A DNA stretch of 63,807 nt, the filler included, from Octopus bimaculoides (taxonomy: Eukaryota): NCBI RefSeq assembly GCF_001194135.2. It is 7 parts of 7 records of this genome, joined end to end, with 100 filler letters (N's around TTAATTAATTAA, not from the genome) between each part and the next. Parts side by side here need not be neighbours in the genome. Positions count along the whole stretch, not along the records: positions 22,186 to 28,900 come from NC_069004.1; positions 29,001 to 39,374 come from NC_068984.1; 5 more parts are not named here. One strand, written 5' to 3'. Every line of letters starts with the position of its first letter. Within the stretch, counting starts at the first letter, position 1. The notes under the pieces are model-generated. The model was not told the DNA's origin, searched no databases, and saw nothing but the letters and a program-made list of their open reading frames with translations. Positions 24,064-37,146 of this stretch are shown one piece after another. Both the position numbers and the translations under genes were made by a program.

Positions 24064-26654
24064 TTAAGAATTTAAGGAATGGAGAAAACGCATGTTATAA
24101 TTGCATACTTTATTCCTACTCTTAAATATACTCAAATACCCAAAATTTCAAGGAGTTCCTGCCTTAAAAACAGGAACTAAACCACAGTTATTTTGTGTTC
24201 TTTGCTACATTGGTTTCTATTAACCCATTTATTCTATCAGAAGAATTTTTATTCATTAAGATAGAAGAAATACACATAATTATATATATATATACATATA
24301 TACCGGAGTAAGCACATAAAATGTGCAACAAGGTGGAAAAGAGAGTACTCGAATACCAGAGATAGAGTAATATGCTTTATTTAAAAACAGCAGNNNNNNN
24401 NNNNNNNNNNNNNNNNNNNNNNNNNNNNNNNNNNNNNNNNNNNNNNNNNNNNNNNNNNNNNNNNNNNNNNNNNNNNNNNNNNNNNNNNNNNNNNNNNNNN
24501 NNNNNNNNNNNNNNNNNNNNNNNNNNNNNNNNNNNNNNNNNNNNNNNNNNNNNNNNNNNNNNNNNNNNNNNNNNNNNNNNNNNNNNNNNNNNNNNNNNNN
24601 NNNNNNNNNNNNNNNNNNNNNNNNNNNNNNNNNNNNNNNNNNNNNNNNNNNNNNNNNNNNNNNAGTCCCGCTGCGTGGCACCTTGTGCAAGTGTCTTCTA
24701 CCATAGCCTCGAGCCGACCAAAGCCTTGTCATTGAATTTGGTTGATGGAAAATGAAAGAAGCTTGTTGTATATATATATATGTATGTATTTGTAAGGTGG
24801 TGAGCTGGTAGAAGCGTTAACAAGCCCGGCGAAATGCTTAGCGGTATTTCGTATGTCTTTACGTTCTGATTTCAAATTCCGCCGAGGTCGACTTTGCCTT
24901 TCATATTTTCGGGGTCGATAAATTAAGTACCAGTTACGCACTGATCTCAGTTTAATCGACAAATCCTCCTCCTCCAAATTTCAGGCCTTGTGCTTATAGT
25001 AGAATGGATTATTATTATTATTGTTGTTGCTGTTGTTATTGTTCTTGATACAATTATTTTGTACCACCAATCCTTCAGTCAGATGGTTCAAGTAGCACTT
25101 GAAGAATGAGGGTGTGCTAGCGATGAGAGGAATGTAGTTTTGTCGGCCAGGAAAATGGTGCACGACAATGTTAAGATCTTCGAAGTTTATCATTGCTGAG
25201 TGGGCCTCATCCGATAATGCGGCCTCTGGGGAAGTAAAGACCATGAGCCGATGTGGAGGGAGCTTGCACTTGATATTGTCAAGGGCCGTCTGGTTCCTCG
25301 ACTTCCTCCAATTTATCTGTCACAAGCAGCAGTGATATCACTGATACCAATTTCTTCATTTTCCCCATCGACAACATCGGAGTTGTGAAGAAGTGAATCT
25401 GGTATCCATGGGTGACCGTTGGTCTTCCACAAACAAGCTAGCCCGGACTTATGCCTCGGAAGGGAACTTTCTAGGTGCTAACCCATAGTGATTCGTGATT
25501 GAAGGAATTCTATACGTTTTATATATATATATATACATACCCTTTGTCACACTTAGTGATAATTGAATTATATATATATATANNNNNNNNNNNNNNNNNN
25601 NNNNNNNNNNNNNNNNNNNNNNNNNNNNNNNNNNNNNNNNNNNNNNNNNNNNNNNNNNNNNNNNNNNNNNNNNNNNNNNNNNNNNNNNNNNNNNNNNNNN
25701 NNNNNNNNNNNNNNNNNNNNNNNNNNNNNNNNNNNNNNNNNNNNNNNNNNNNNNNNNNNNNNNNNNNNNNNNNNNNNNNNNNNNNNNNNNNNNNNNNNNN
25801 NNNNNNNNNNNNNNNNNNNNNNNNNNNNNNNNNNNNNNNNNNNNNNNNNNNNNNNNNNNNNNNNNNNNNNNNNNNNNNNNNNNNNNNNNNNNNNNNNNNN
25901 NNNNNNNNNNNNNNNNNNNNNNNNNNNNNNNNNNNNNNNNNNNNNNNNNNNNNNNNNNNNNNNNNNNNNNNNNNNNNNNNNNNNNNNNNNNNNNNNNNNN
26001 NNNNNNNNNNNNNNNNNNNNNNNNNNNNNNNNNNNNNNNNNNNNNNNNNNNNNNNNNNNNNNNNNNNNNNNNNNNNNNNNNNNNNNNNNNNNNNNNNNNN
26101 NNNNNNNNNNNNNNNNNNNNNNNNNNNNNNNNNNNNNNNNNNNNNNNNNNNNNNNNNNNNNNNNNNNNNNNNNNNNNNNNNNNNNNNNNNNNNNNNNNNN
26201 NNNNNNNNNNNNNNNNNNNNNNNNNNNNNNNNNNNNNNNNNNNNNNNNNNNNNNNNNNNNNNNNNNNNNNNNNNNNNNNNNNNNNNNNNNNNNNNNNNNN
26301 NNNNNNNNNNNNNNNNNNNNNNNNNNNNNNNNNNNNNNNNNNNNNNNNNNNNNNNNNNNNNNNNNNNNNNNNNNNNNNTATATTGTTATACGGAGGAGAG
26401 AGATTATAATTCAAAGGAGGTGAAAGAGTAAAAGGAAGAGGTGCTGTGTAGCTGCAGACATCAGAAGAAGTCGATTTAGAGTTTAGGAGTGGACATTCTT
26501 CCCGAAGATTTTTAGTTTCGTTGTTCTATCTTTCTTTCTCTTTATATTTTTTTTTCTTTCCTTCTATAATTCTCCCGTTTCTTTCTTTTTCTTGTTTACT
26601 TTTAAATGTATATTTGTTTTGTTTTCTTTCTACTCAGGATTTAAAGTAAACTAC

Positions 26655-26688
<34 letters not shown>

Positions 26689-26989
26689 CACACATAATAC
26701 ACACACGCACAAACGCATACACATAAACAAACATACTCACATACACACACAGAAAGCTACTTTAGTTCCAAGTAATGATGACTGAAGTAGCTGTGTGCAT
26801 GTATTGTGCGTGTATGTGTATGTCTATATATATGTGCGAATATGTGTGTATTTGTATGAGTATATATATGTGTGTGTGTGAAACAGTTTATCACAGTTTA
26901 GCATCATCTGTTTTTTGAGGGATTGATAAACGATCAAACTTTCAATTCATGATAAATACCATCTGTCGGAAGAATGGCTGGATTATCAT

Positions 26990-27320
26990 TGGACCACACT
27001 AGCACCGACACCACCACCACCGCCGCAAGCGTCACCATCACTACCACCACTATCACCGCTGCCGCCGCAGCCACCACAGTTGCCGCCACGCCCACCAGCA
27101 ACAACAACACCACCACTACCACCATACCAACACCACCACCACCACCGTTGCAAGCGTCACCATCACTACCACCATCACTACCACCATCACTACTATCACC
27201 ATCATCACCATCATCACCATCAGCAACAATAACCACAACACTAACACCGCTACTACTACCTACAGCATCCACAAGAGTACAACCACCACTAACACCCTAA
27301 CACCAAACAACAACAATAAG
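26990..27320. repeat. Degenerate (CAC/ACC/CAA)n trinucleotide tract
   Basis: Seen directly; it produces the poly-Thr/Pro/Ser pseudo-ORF 26974..27300. Confidence 0.9.
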
Positions 27321-27643
27321 AACATGCCAACCAACGAATAAAGGAATGTCCACAGAGCGGTTCCATGTGCTAGTAATAGCAGCCAGATAACACTTCCGAC
27401 GTCTAAAATAGGGAAGGACACATTAGACATTGTAGTCCTAGGTAGTCTTAAGTAAAAAGGCAAGATGGGCAAGGCTGGGTTGTCTTTTGTTAAACAGAGG
27501 TGATTTAGAGTTAAACGACAGCAGTAACAAAACAATAGAAACTGCAACAGAACAGCGGATCTCGAAACAGAAAAAGCTATAAACAATAACCCGTAAATAT
27601 TGATTTAACCCCAAACGCCACATACACAGACACACACTCTTTT

Positions 27644-27674
<31 letters not shown>

Positions 27675-28638
27675 TACACACACACACGTACACATACACA
27701 CACGCACACTGGATAGAAAGGGTCTGTTTTGGTCCAATAGTAGAACGCCTGTGATGTTCACAGATGTGGGTTCGAGTTCCATTCGCATCCTTCGATTCTT
27801 TCCATTCAAGGGTTCTTTCTTAACCCAATATTTCTACGCCGTTTCCTATATCTTTCTTTGCTTCGAGATCTAACGTTCCTAAAGAAAAAAAAAGAATTCA
27901 TATTCTGTCGAGGTTTATGAATTTTTATGACTTCAGCTGTAAGAATAATAATTAAATCTACAGCAACAACAACTACAAAAATAATAAAAATATCAACAAC
28001 AAAAGCTGACCCTCCGTCGGTTACGACGAGGAGTGATCCGATCAACGGAACAGCTTGCTCGTGAAACTAACGTGCAAGTGGCTGAGCACTCCACAGACAC
28101 GTACACCCTTAACTTAGTTCTTAGGGTGATTCAGCATGACCAGAATGTGACAAGGCTGACCCCTTTGTATTACAGGTACGACTAATTTTTGCCAGTTGAG
28201 TGGACTGGAGCAATGTGAAATAAAGTGTCTTGCTCAAGGACACAACGCGTCGCCCGGGAATCGAACAACCATCTGGCACTCCGTCGGTTAAGACGATGAG
28301 TGTACCAGCTAATCCGATCAATGAAATAGTGAGATCGTGAGGTTAACGTGCGGGTGGCTGAGTACTCCACAGACATGGGTAACTGTTAGCGCAGCTTTCG
28401 GGGAGGATCAGCGTGACGCAGAATGTGACTAGGTTGGCCCCTTTGTAATTACAGGTACAACTCATTTATGCCAGCTGAGTGGACTGCAGCAATGTGAATT
28501 AAATTGTCTTGCTTGAGGACGCAAAATGCGCCGTCAGGAATCGAACTCACAACTTCACGGTCGTAAGCCGAACACCCTTACCACTAAAACACGCGCCTTC
28601 ACTATAAAGAACAAACAAATAAAAGGATACACTGGAGG

Positions 28639-28670
<32 letters not shown>

Positions 28671-30274
28671 GGGAGAGAGAACGCGCGCGAGAGAGGAATA
28701 GGGAATCAAAAGAGTAAGAGGAGAAGGAAGACAGAAAGGTGATTACTAAGGAGTGTAAAGGCAGACAGACAGACAGGCTGACAAACAGGCAGACAGACAG
28801 GCGTGCAGACAGGCTGACAAACAGACAGACAGATGTATGCTGTAGATAAAGCTTCATCTAGAACTGGACGGAGCTCAAACGGAAACAATCGATGAAACAT
28901 NNNNNNNNNNNNNNNNNNNNNNNNNNNNNNNNNNNNNNNNNNNNTTAATTAATTAANNNNNNNNNNNNNNNNNNNNNNNNNNNNNNNNNNNNNNNNNNNN
29001 ATATATATATATATATACACGCAGGTCTGGAGCCTTACTTAGCACATCAAATCATAGATATTACATATCTTCTTCGAAGGTAATAACTATGACCTCCGAC
29101 CTTCATCCCGAGACCGAAGAGAATTAAAGAAGCAACACAACAGGGCTAATGTTTCTGTAATACACATCGCATCAATATATTGAATTACTCTTTGATTGCA
29201 GACCTGGTCCGTTTGTTTGCAAAAGATTGGTTGCTAAAATTGATCGAACGACTAAAAGTTGATGGTAAATCAGATGGAATATCGAACATGTTACTCATGA
29301 ACAGGTAAAGGAAACCGGATTATATGGAACAGGAAACTTGTCTCAGGAGATGCGCTGTAAGATCGATCGAAATATAAACTTCATATACATGGATCTATTG
29401 GGCAAACATACAAATAATGCTTAAGGTTGCGTAGTGTGAGGTGGAAACCTAGATCTTATAACTGCAAAGGGGTCTGCCAACATATTTATTTATCTACCTA
29501 TCTATCTGTCTATCTATGTGTAAATTACATATATGCATACATGTATATGCACGTAAGTGTGTGTATGTATTTGAGAGAATATAAATTATATATATAAATT
29601 CAAGATGATAATTACATAGGCATTTAACTGACATAACCTAACACGTCTGGGATTAACGATGGCAAAATTGCAAAATTACTAATAAAACCGCTGGAGCATA
29701 ATATCATACAGGTGAAAATGATTGCGAATGCCTCTTATTTTTTTTTTTTGCCATAATGAAAACGTTTTCGTTTCGTTTATACTTGCCTTCATATTTTGAT
29801 GTATTGTTTTTAGAAAAATCTTATCTTTGCATCTTTGATCATTAAACGTTATAATTTAAATAGGAAAAGAATATACAAAATCTCTATATAAAATATACAT
29901 ATTGATGTCTTTCAAGAATTGCAACTGTTTAAAAGCCACTTATTTTAGCGGTATATAAAATATATTTTACAAAGTGTTGAACCGTGGACAATAATTAATA
30001 AAATTATACTTTGATGTTTAATCTGAAAGGAAGAGAAAAAATTACATTGTAACTAGAATAGTTTCAAATGGCTCCTTGTGTGTGCGCGTGTGTGAGGATG
30101 TGTTTGTTTGTTTGTGTGCGTGCTTGTGTGTGTTTGTGTGTGTGTGTGTTGTGATTAAATGCTGGTGAAACAAAACAACAGAAATGGAAAGAAAATATTT
30201 TTCCTTGTAACTTCAATTCACTCTTGTAATTTCTCTTACACATCTATCTATCTATCTATTTATCTCCCTCCCTC

Positions 30275-30311
<37 letters not shown>

Positions 30312-30373
30312 ATATATATATTTATGCGTATGTATTTTTATGTATAAGTGTATGTGTATGTATATGAATGTAT

Positions 30374-30419
<46 letters not shown>

Positions 30420-30531
30420 NNNNNNNNNNNNNNNNNNNNNNNNNNNNNNNNNNNNNNNNNNNNNNNNNNNNNNNNNNNNNNNNNNNNNNNNNNNNNNNNN
30501 NNNNNNNNNNNNNNNNNNNNNNNNNNNNNNN

Positions 30532-30589
<58 letters not shown>

Positions 30590-30984
30590 AAGAGAGTAAT
30601 AGAGAGAGACAGAGAGAAAGAGCATGTAGATAATTTCGCTCCGTACGCCGACACGCTGCAATTTCGTATCCCTGAACTCTCTTTCCATTCCATGTGAGTT
30701 TTAATATTTTGTCATATATCTTCTAGTCCCCTTGATCTTGGCATTTCATTCTATTAGAAATGTAGTGATGGTAGTGGTGTATATTAGAGTACAGATATTC
30801 ATCTTATTTATTCTTACGGTGTTTAAAAAATCATTTTCTGCTTCCAGTTCCTAAATATCTTTCTAATATACGCTATATTTCGATGTTTGAAAAAAGCATG
30901 GCAGGATGATTAAGACTTTTGCTTCGCCTATGCGTAATCTTCTGTTCTACATCTTAGGTATTTACGTATATATGCACACACACT

Positions 30985-31069
<85 letters not shown>

Positions 31070-31205
31070 TTATAAGTATATATTAATCAATATGAATAAA
31101 GGCGGTGAGCTGGCAGAAACGTTAGGACGCTGGGCGAAATGCTTCGCTATTTCACTAGAATTATTATATGTTTACATGAGCTTGACAGGCATCTTCGACT
31201 AGCAG

Positions 31206-31266
31206 GCCATTGCAACTCCAGACTGATGACGAGCAAAGAATCAGAAACATGTCTCTGGATGCAGGC
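31206..31266 (+). ncRNA. Type I hammerhead ribozyme-like motif (Penelope-type)
   Basis: tccaga-CTGATGA-cgagcaaagaatca-GAAA-CATG-TC-tctgga: intact core, GUC triplet, 6-bp stem I extended by tgca/tgca and gcc/ggc, palindromic CATG stem III. Stem II is weak (2 bp plus a C.A mismatch). Confidence 0.6.
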
Positions 31267-33515
31267 TTAGCGGGGTGGGGGTGTTTGTCTCCCCCTTGTA
31301 AACATAAGGACATAGGAAATGTGTCAAGGCCGACAGGAAGCAGGGCAGCTTCCTAGGTCTAACCAACAGTAGTATTATTCCCTTCATGTGGCTGTCACAT
31401 TAAGTTGACAGCATACAACTACTTCATGAATCTTGTATTTACAATAATCTTTCTATCATAGCTGGTATAGTTCTAAGTTCAGCAGTAGAGTAATAAACAC
31501 ATAATTTTACCGGAAGTAAACTGGATGATGAAATTCTACATGGATCTCTAGTGAGCAGCGGTGTACATAGTTCTTTCGAGTCATATGGACCTGGGTCAAA
31601 CTGTTATTACGAAAATCAATGTAACTCCTACGAAATGTTTCGAGTACCTATTTCGTCTGTCCATTTCCTCTTATACGTATATGTATGTATGTATGTATGT
31701 ATGTATCTATGGAAAAAGAATTTCTATACAGCGTAAAACGACGTCAGCTGTAGGTGGAAACCGAGTTGTGGGGTGGGGGGGTTTCTGACTCTCTGGGAGT
31801 TTAATTAACTATAAAACATTGGTAACAAATTATATATAATCTTTATGCAATACAGAGCAATGAAAGCAACAGGGGGAGAAAATAAACGGAAGACTAATAA
31901 TTTATTTCTTTGTCGGGTCAGTCAAATGACCCAGACGGATTATATCTGACGTAAGGCCTATTAAATGAACCAATTACTTCAAGTATCGTTCACCGTTTCC
32001 TCCTGTATCTTGCCTCTCCCACCAATCGATTTGTTTCTCTAAAAATTTGTTTTTCTCATTCTAGTGTGTCTCCATTAGATTTTCTCTTTTGTATTCTACT
32101 TTTCTCCTCCTACTTCATTTTCCCTTTATTTGTTACCCGCCAGCAATTCTACTGTTTGTTTCTTTCTCTCGCCCATTTTCTTTTATTCATTTCCACCATT
32201 AATTGTTAAGAGATCTCTCCATACGGTTTCAGATTCTATTATTTTATTATATTCTAACTTCATTAAAACTGTTTTGTTTTGTCTTTCTTTGATTCATTTA
32301 AACTATTTATTCGTGTCACTTCAGTAACGAGGGGCCTTGAAGCAGACCGCCTACAACTAGTAAGAAACCAACAAATAAATATCGCAAATAACTAAATTGT
32401 TGACTATCGTAGAAATACTTACAATGTTTTATAAGGAATAATTGAAACCAAACCTTTTTTCTTTTCACTTTTTGAGTTAGTTCTAAGATCCGATCTTATA
32501 AAAAGTCATATATGTAATAATTCAATGTTTTTGCATTCATTGACTGCCGTTAAACAACAAATAGATGTTATTATTAGGAAAGAGATGCCGCCGAAGTTTA
32601 CTTTGCCTTTTATTCCTTCGCAGTCGATAAAATTACATCGAACCCAAGTTGAGAACTGGGTTCGATGTAATTGACTGCAGAAGCTCAGGCCTTGTGCCTA
32701 TGATAGGGAGAAAAATTATTTGAAAAGTAAAGGGCAACGAGCTGGCAGAATCCTTAACACGCCGGGTGAAATACTTAGCGGTACTTCGTCTGCCGCTACG
32801 TTCTGAGTTCAAATTCCGCCGAGGTCGACTTAGCCTTTCATCCTTTCGGGGTCGATTAAATAAATACCAATTACGCACTGGGGTCGATGTAATCGACTTA
32901 AACTCTTTGTTTGTCCATGTTTGTCCCCTCTGTGTTTAGCCCTTGTGGGCAATAAAGAAATAAGAATCATTAACACGCCGGACAAAATGCTTTGCGGCAC
33001 TTCGTCCGGCTGCACGTTCTGCGTTCAAATTCCATCTAGTTAAACTTTGCTTCTCATCCCTTCAGGATCGATGAAATAAGCACCAATCAGGTACTGGGCT
33101 CGATGTTATTGACTAGCCCCATCCCCCTAGAAAATTTCAAGGTTTCGTGCTTATAGTAGAAAGAATTATTCGGAAAGAGACACAAGTCGGCGTGTTGGCA
33201 GAATCTTTAACGCGTTGGACCAAATTCTTAACGGCATTACTTGCGACTCTTTAACTTCTCAGTTCAAAACTCAACAAGGTAAACTTTCCTTTTTTTTTCT
33301 TTTGTAAAATAAAATATCTGCTAATTCTTCTCTCCCCCATAAATGTGACTATATCAGAAAAAAAGTTATTAGGGGACAAATGGCTGGTAGTTTGGTTGAG
33401 TAATTAGCTCATCGAATATCTTGTAGTAAGTGTTTTGATTCTTTACGTTCTGAGTTCAATACTTGTGAAGATTGATATTGTCCTTCATTATTAGGTCATC
33501 AGTAAAATAAGGTAT

Positions 33516-36393
33516 TGATGTAGGGAATTAGTAATAAAAGTACACCTCTCCCATATGAGGAATGGAAAACCTAGTCACTATGAGTGAAGAGAAGTACGTG
33601 AAGTACCAGAGTACGTAGTAGGCGTTCAGAGATAGTCGTGTCCTTATTGGTTTTACTAAGTATAATCTGTACCGAAGTGGGCGTTATAACAATTCCAGCA
33701 TTCTAAGAATTATAACAGTGGCGACGAGGATTTAAACAACTCACGAGGAATAAATAAACTGGACGAGGATAAACCAATTCACGTGGAGTTAATAGAAATT
33801 CTAAGAGGGTTTAATAAATTCACAAAGCTTTGTCGTGCGAATTTTACGAAAAAAAAGATCGTAAAATAGTGGAAAATTTGTTAGCTGCTTTGCTCAAGTT
33901 GCAAAAACAGCAACTGAAAGAAGAACAACAACAGCAGATACAACTCAAGATCAACAACAGAAGCAACAACAACAAATAGTATTACAAAACACATGAGGCT
34001 ATTACTGAAGTTGTCAGGAAAGTCAGAAAAGTGTTTTCGCCAGACTATGTCACGGACTCCTTAACAGAATTCAAATACGAACCTGACGAAGGAGTTACCT
34101 TCGAAGCATACTACAGACGATATGAGAAAATCTTCAAGAAAGAATGTTAATGATTGGAATGACGAAATGAAAACGCGCTTAATCTTGAGAAAACTGGCGG
34201 CAAAGAAAATGAATCATACAGTAATTATGTACTCCTAAAAAAAACAACCTTCTGACATAAACTTTAAGGACACAACAGGTATATTGTGTTAAATTTTCAG
34301 TGAAAAAAAGCTCATTGTTCAACACACGTTGGAAGTGTCTGTACATAGAGAGAAACAACAACGTGGACTACATCACATATATTTGTAGAGTAAATAGGGA
34401 ATGCGAGAAGTTTAAGCTGGATGAATTAACGCCAGATATGTTCAAATGCCTGATATTTACACAGGGACTAACTGCAGAAAAGGACGCAGATTTTAGAAAT
34501 AGAATTCTCGTTAAGCTGAAACAAAACCAGGGTGTAACTTTACAGCAAGTATCAGAAGAGTGCGAAAGGATAGTCAAATTAAATGGAAAGATTGTTTCCA
34601 AGTAAAACATGTGAAATAGTCAATAGAGAAAAAGTGTTTTCTAAATAACACGACAAAAATCGGAAAATGTACCCATGTTGTGCCTGTGGAGGTATACACC
34701 AGAGGAAAATTTGTCCATTAAAAAAAGCAGAGTGATTTTGTTGTGGAAATATAGGACATATAAAGACACACTGTAGAACGAAGATGACAAAAAGGCAGAA
34801 CAAAGGAAAAAGAATAAATAGTATGTCATCGGAAGAAATTGGTAACAGAAAGATGTGGGAATTCGTGAAGGTGAAAATCAGAAATACAAGTGTTAAAATG
34901 CAGTTGAACAATGATAGTGATAAACGAAAAATCGTGGAAATGTTTCGGTAAGCCGAGATCAAAAAAGGTAGCACATGTTACGGGAAAAAAATTACATTTT
35001 TCCGGCGAATTCGTATGTAATGTAACATTTTGAGGGCATACGAAAACGGCAACGATATATGTATTAAAAGATTCACTGTTCAGCATAGAATGAATGGAAC
35101 TATTCAAAGTATGGAATACGCCGATAAGTGCTTCGTGTGGAAATATAAGTCAGTTCAGTCGAAAGTTCGAATGCGATTGAGAGACTGAAACAAAAAATTA
35201 TAGTAAAACAGAGTGGAACACTTGTATGTAAGCCAAGACGAAATAAAAAATTGCTCACGACAAAAAGTAAACATTGTTCAAAAGCAGACGTTCCGTGGTC
35301 GAGACTAAACATCAATTTTGCCTGTCCTTTAAATGGATTTGCTGCTTGGTGGTAGTTGATAGTTTCTTGAAATGGCCTGAAATTTGTAAGTGAAAAAAAC
35401 CAACCTCCTCAACTGTGATAAATTTTTTACACGAATTGTTTGCAAGATTTGGCATCTCAGACAGGATAGTGTCTGACAATGGAACGCAATTTGTGTCTAG
35501 CCAACTTAAAAAATTTTGCGAAACGTTCGCGGTGGAACATTTATCTACGACGCCATACCATCTCAGATCTAAATGACAGGTAGAACACTTTGTCGATACC
35601 TTCAAAGGAGCCCTTAAAAAATCGAATAATTTTTAAGAGTGTACCGTGTGACACCAAATCCGAATACACCAGCAGGTAGCTCACCACGGAGCTGATGTTT
35701 GCAAGGAAAGTAAAATCAGTCTTTGATAAATTGTACTTAGCAAGAAAAGAAAAAGTGCCAAGGAAGACATGGCAAGATTCTTTAAAGTTGGTGAAAATGT
35801 GTATATGAGGGTATACAAGAATGGAAAGCAGAGTTGTGAAGATGGCATAATTACCAAATGCATAGGTAAAATGATGTATTGGGGCAAACGTAGAAAAGGT
35901 ATACAAAAGAGACACAGGACCCAACTGAAAAAGAGATTCTTGGAAAGCGAACCACAGAAGTTGGAGGAACTGATGGAATTGTTGAACGATATGATCCAAG
36001 TACCAATGCGACTGCGGGTGATTGAACCCAGGTGTACAAGCGAGAGGAAAAACAAAACATGCAGAGTTCCTGAAAATAGATGCCAAGCGCAATAAATATT
36101 AAATTGTACGAAAAAAAACCCTCAAAAAAGGGAGGTGGGGTGAAAAGAAAAATTGCTAAATAAAATGACACTTTCTATGAAAAACTTAAAAGGGGAAATG
36201 AAGGGAATTAATAATAATGGTACATCCCTCCAACGTGACAAGTGGAATAACCTAGTCACTATAAATAAGTAAAGAAAAGTACGTGAAATACTAGAGTACG
36301 TGGTAGGCAATCAATGACAGTCGTGTCTTTACTGGTTTTACGGTATGTCGAAGTGGGGCGTTATGCCAATCCAACGTTGTAAGGATTATAGCA
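33516..36393 (+). mobile_element. Gypsy/Ty3 LTR retrotransposon, non-autonomous (gag, protease and integrase relics; no RT/RNase H)
   Basis: LTRs about 33516-33717 and 36196-36393 (about 200 bp, homologous, ending in CA); PBS TGGCGACGAGG at 33719; PPT aaaagggg; TSD GGTAT at 33511-15 and 36394-98. Gag motifs FEAYYRRYE..F and NTRWKCL; integrase motif IVSDNGTQFVS. Confidence 0.92.
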
Positions 36394-37107
36394 GGTATCA
36401 TTTAAGTAGTTGAATAGATGTAGTCGGCCACACTCTTCTCCAAAATTTCCGGACTTCTGTCTCTGTAAAAAGTCCTGTATTGAGAGAGAGTGCGAGAGGA
36501 GGAGAGGAAGCGACAAGCGGTGAGAGAGAGGGAGAGATAGAGATAGATAGATAGAGAGAGAGAGAGAGTCAGCTTATAATGAGCCTAACCGATCATTCGT
36601 TTTCAATTCCTGCTTAAAAGCCATTTTAGTTTATTCATACACATTGAGACTTTAAGAAAAACTTGAACGTTGCAACATCTGTCCTGATCTCTATCATTCT
36701 GGTTTAAGCCATTTATTTTATTCAGAAACAATTATTGTATTGTATAATTCTATAATACTATTTTCGGCTGATGGATATTATCTTAATGCATCTTATTAAA
36801 GTGGCAACGATTATCCCCAAATTTTCAAGGTTTTTCTCACAGGATTACCATTCCGGGTCTTTAGATCACGAGGACACTTAACTTTATTCCGTCGCCTCAT
36901 CGGTTAAATTTTAAATCCTAGCAACCATTGCTAGAATTCCAGTCTTAAATGCATGTAAGAACACAAATTTCTTACAGATTTCTTCAATGTTATCATTTTA
37001 AAGATGATCATAGTCAATTGAATCGATCCATTATAGCTCTGTTTTATTTTACCGATATCAGTTGGTCGAATGTCAATGTCGGATGCAGCGTGGTTTGAAA
37101 ACAACGT

Positions 37108-37146
<39 letters not shown>

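Noticed and set aside
22358-27300. His/Thr/Pro-rich ORFs as mucin-like or His-rich proteins
   Set aside because: They are imperfect trinucleotide tracts open on both strands, with no splice signals or start context.
34082-34110. CTGACGA-agg-agtta-cctt-cGAAG hammerhead look-alike
   Set aside because: It has GAAG rather than GAAA, no stem III or cleavage triplet, and lies in the Gypsy gag frame (YEPDEGVTFEA).
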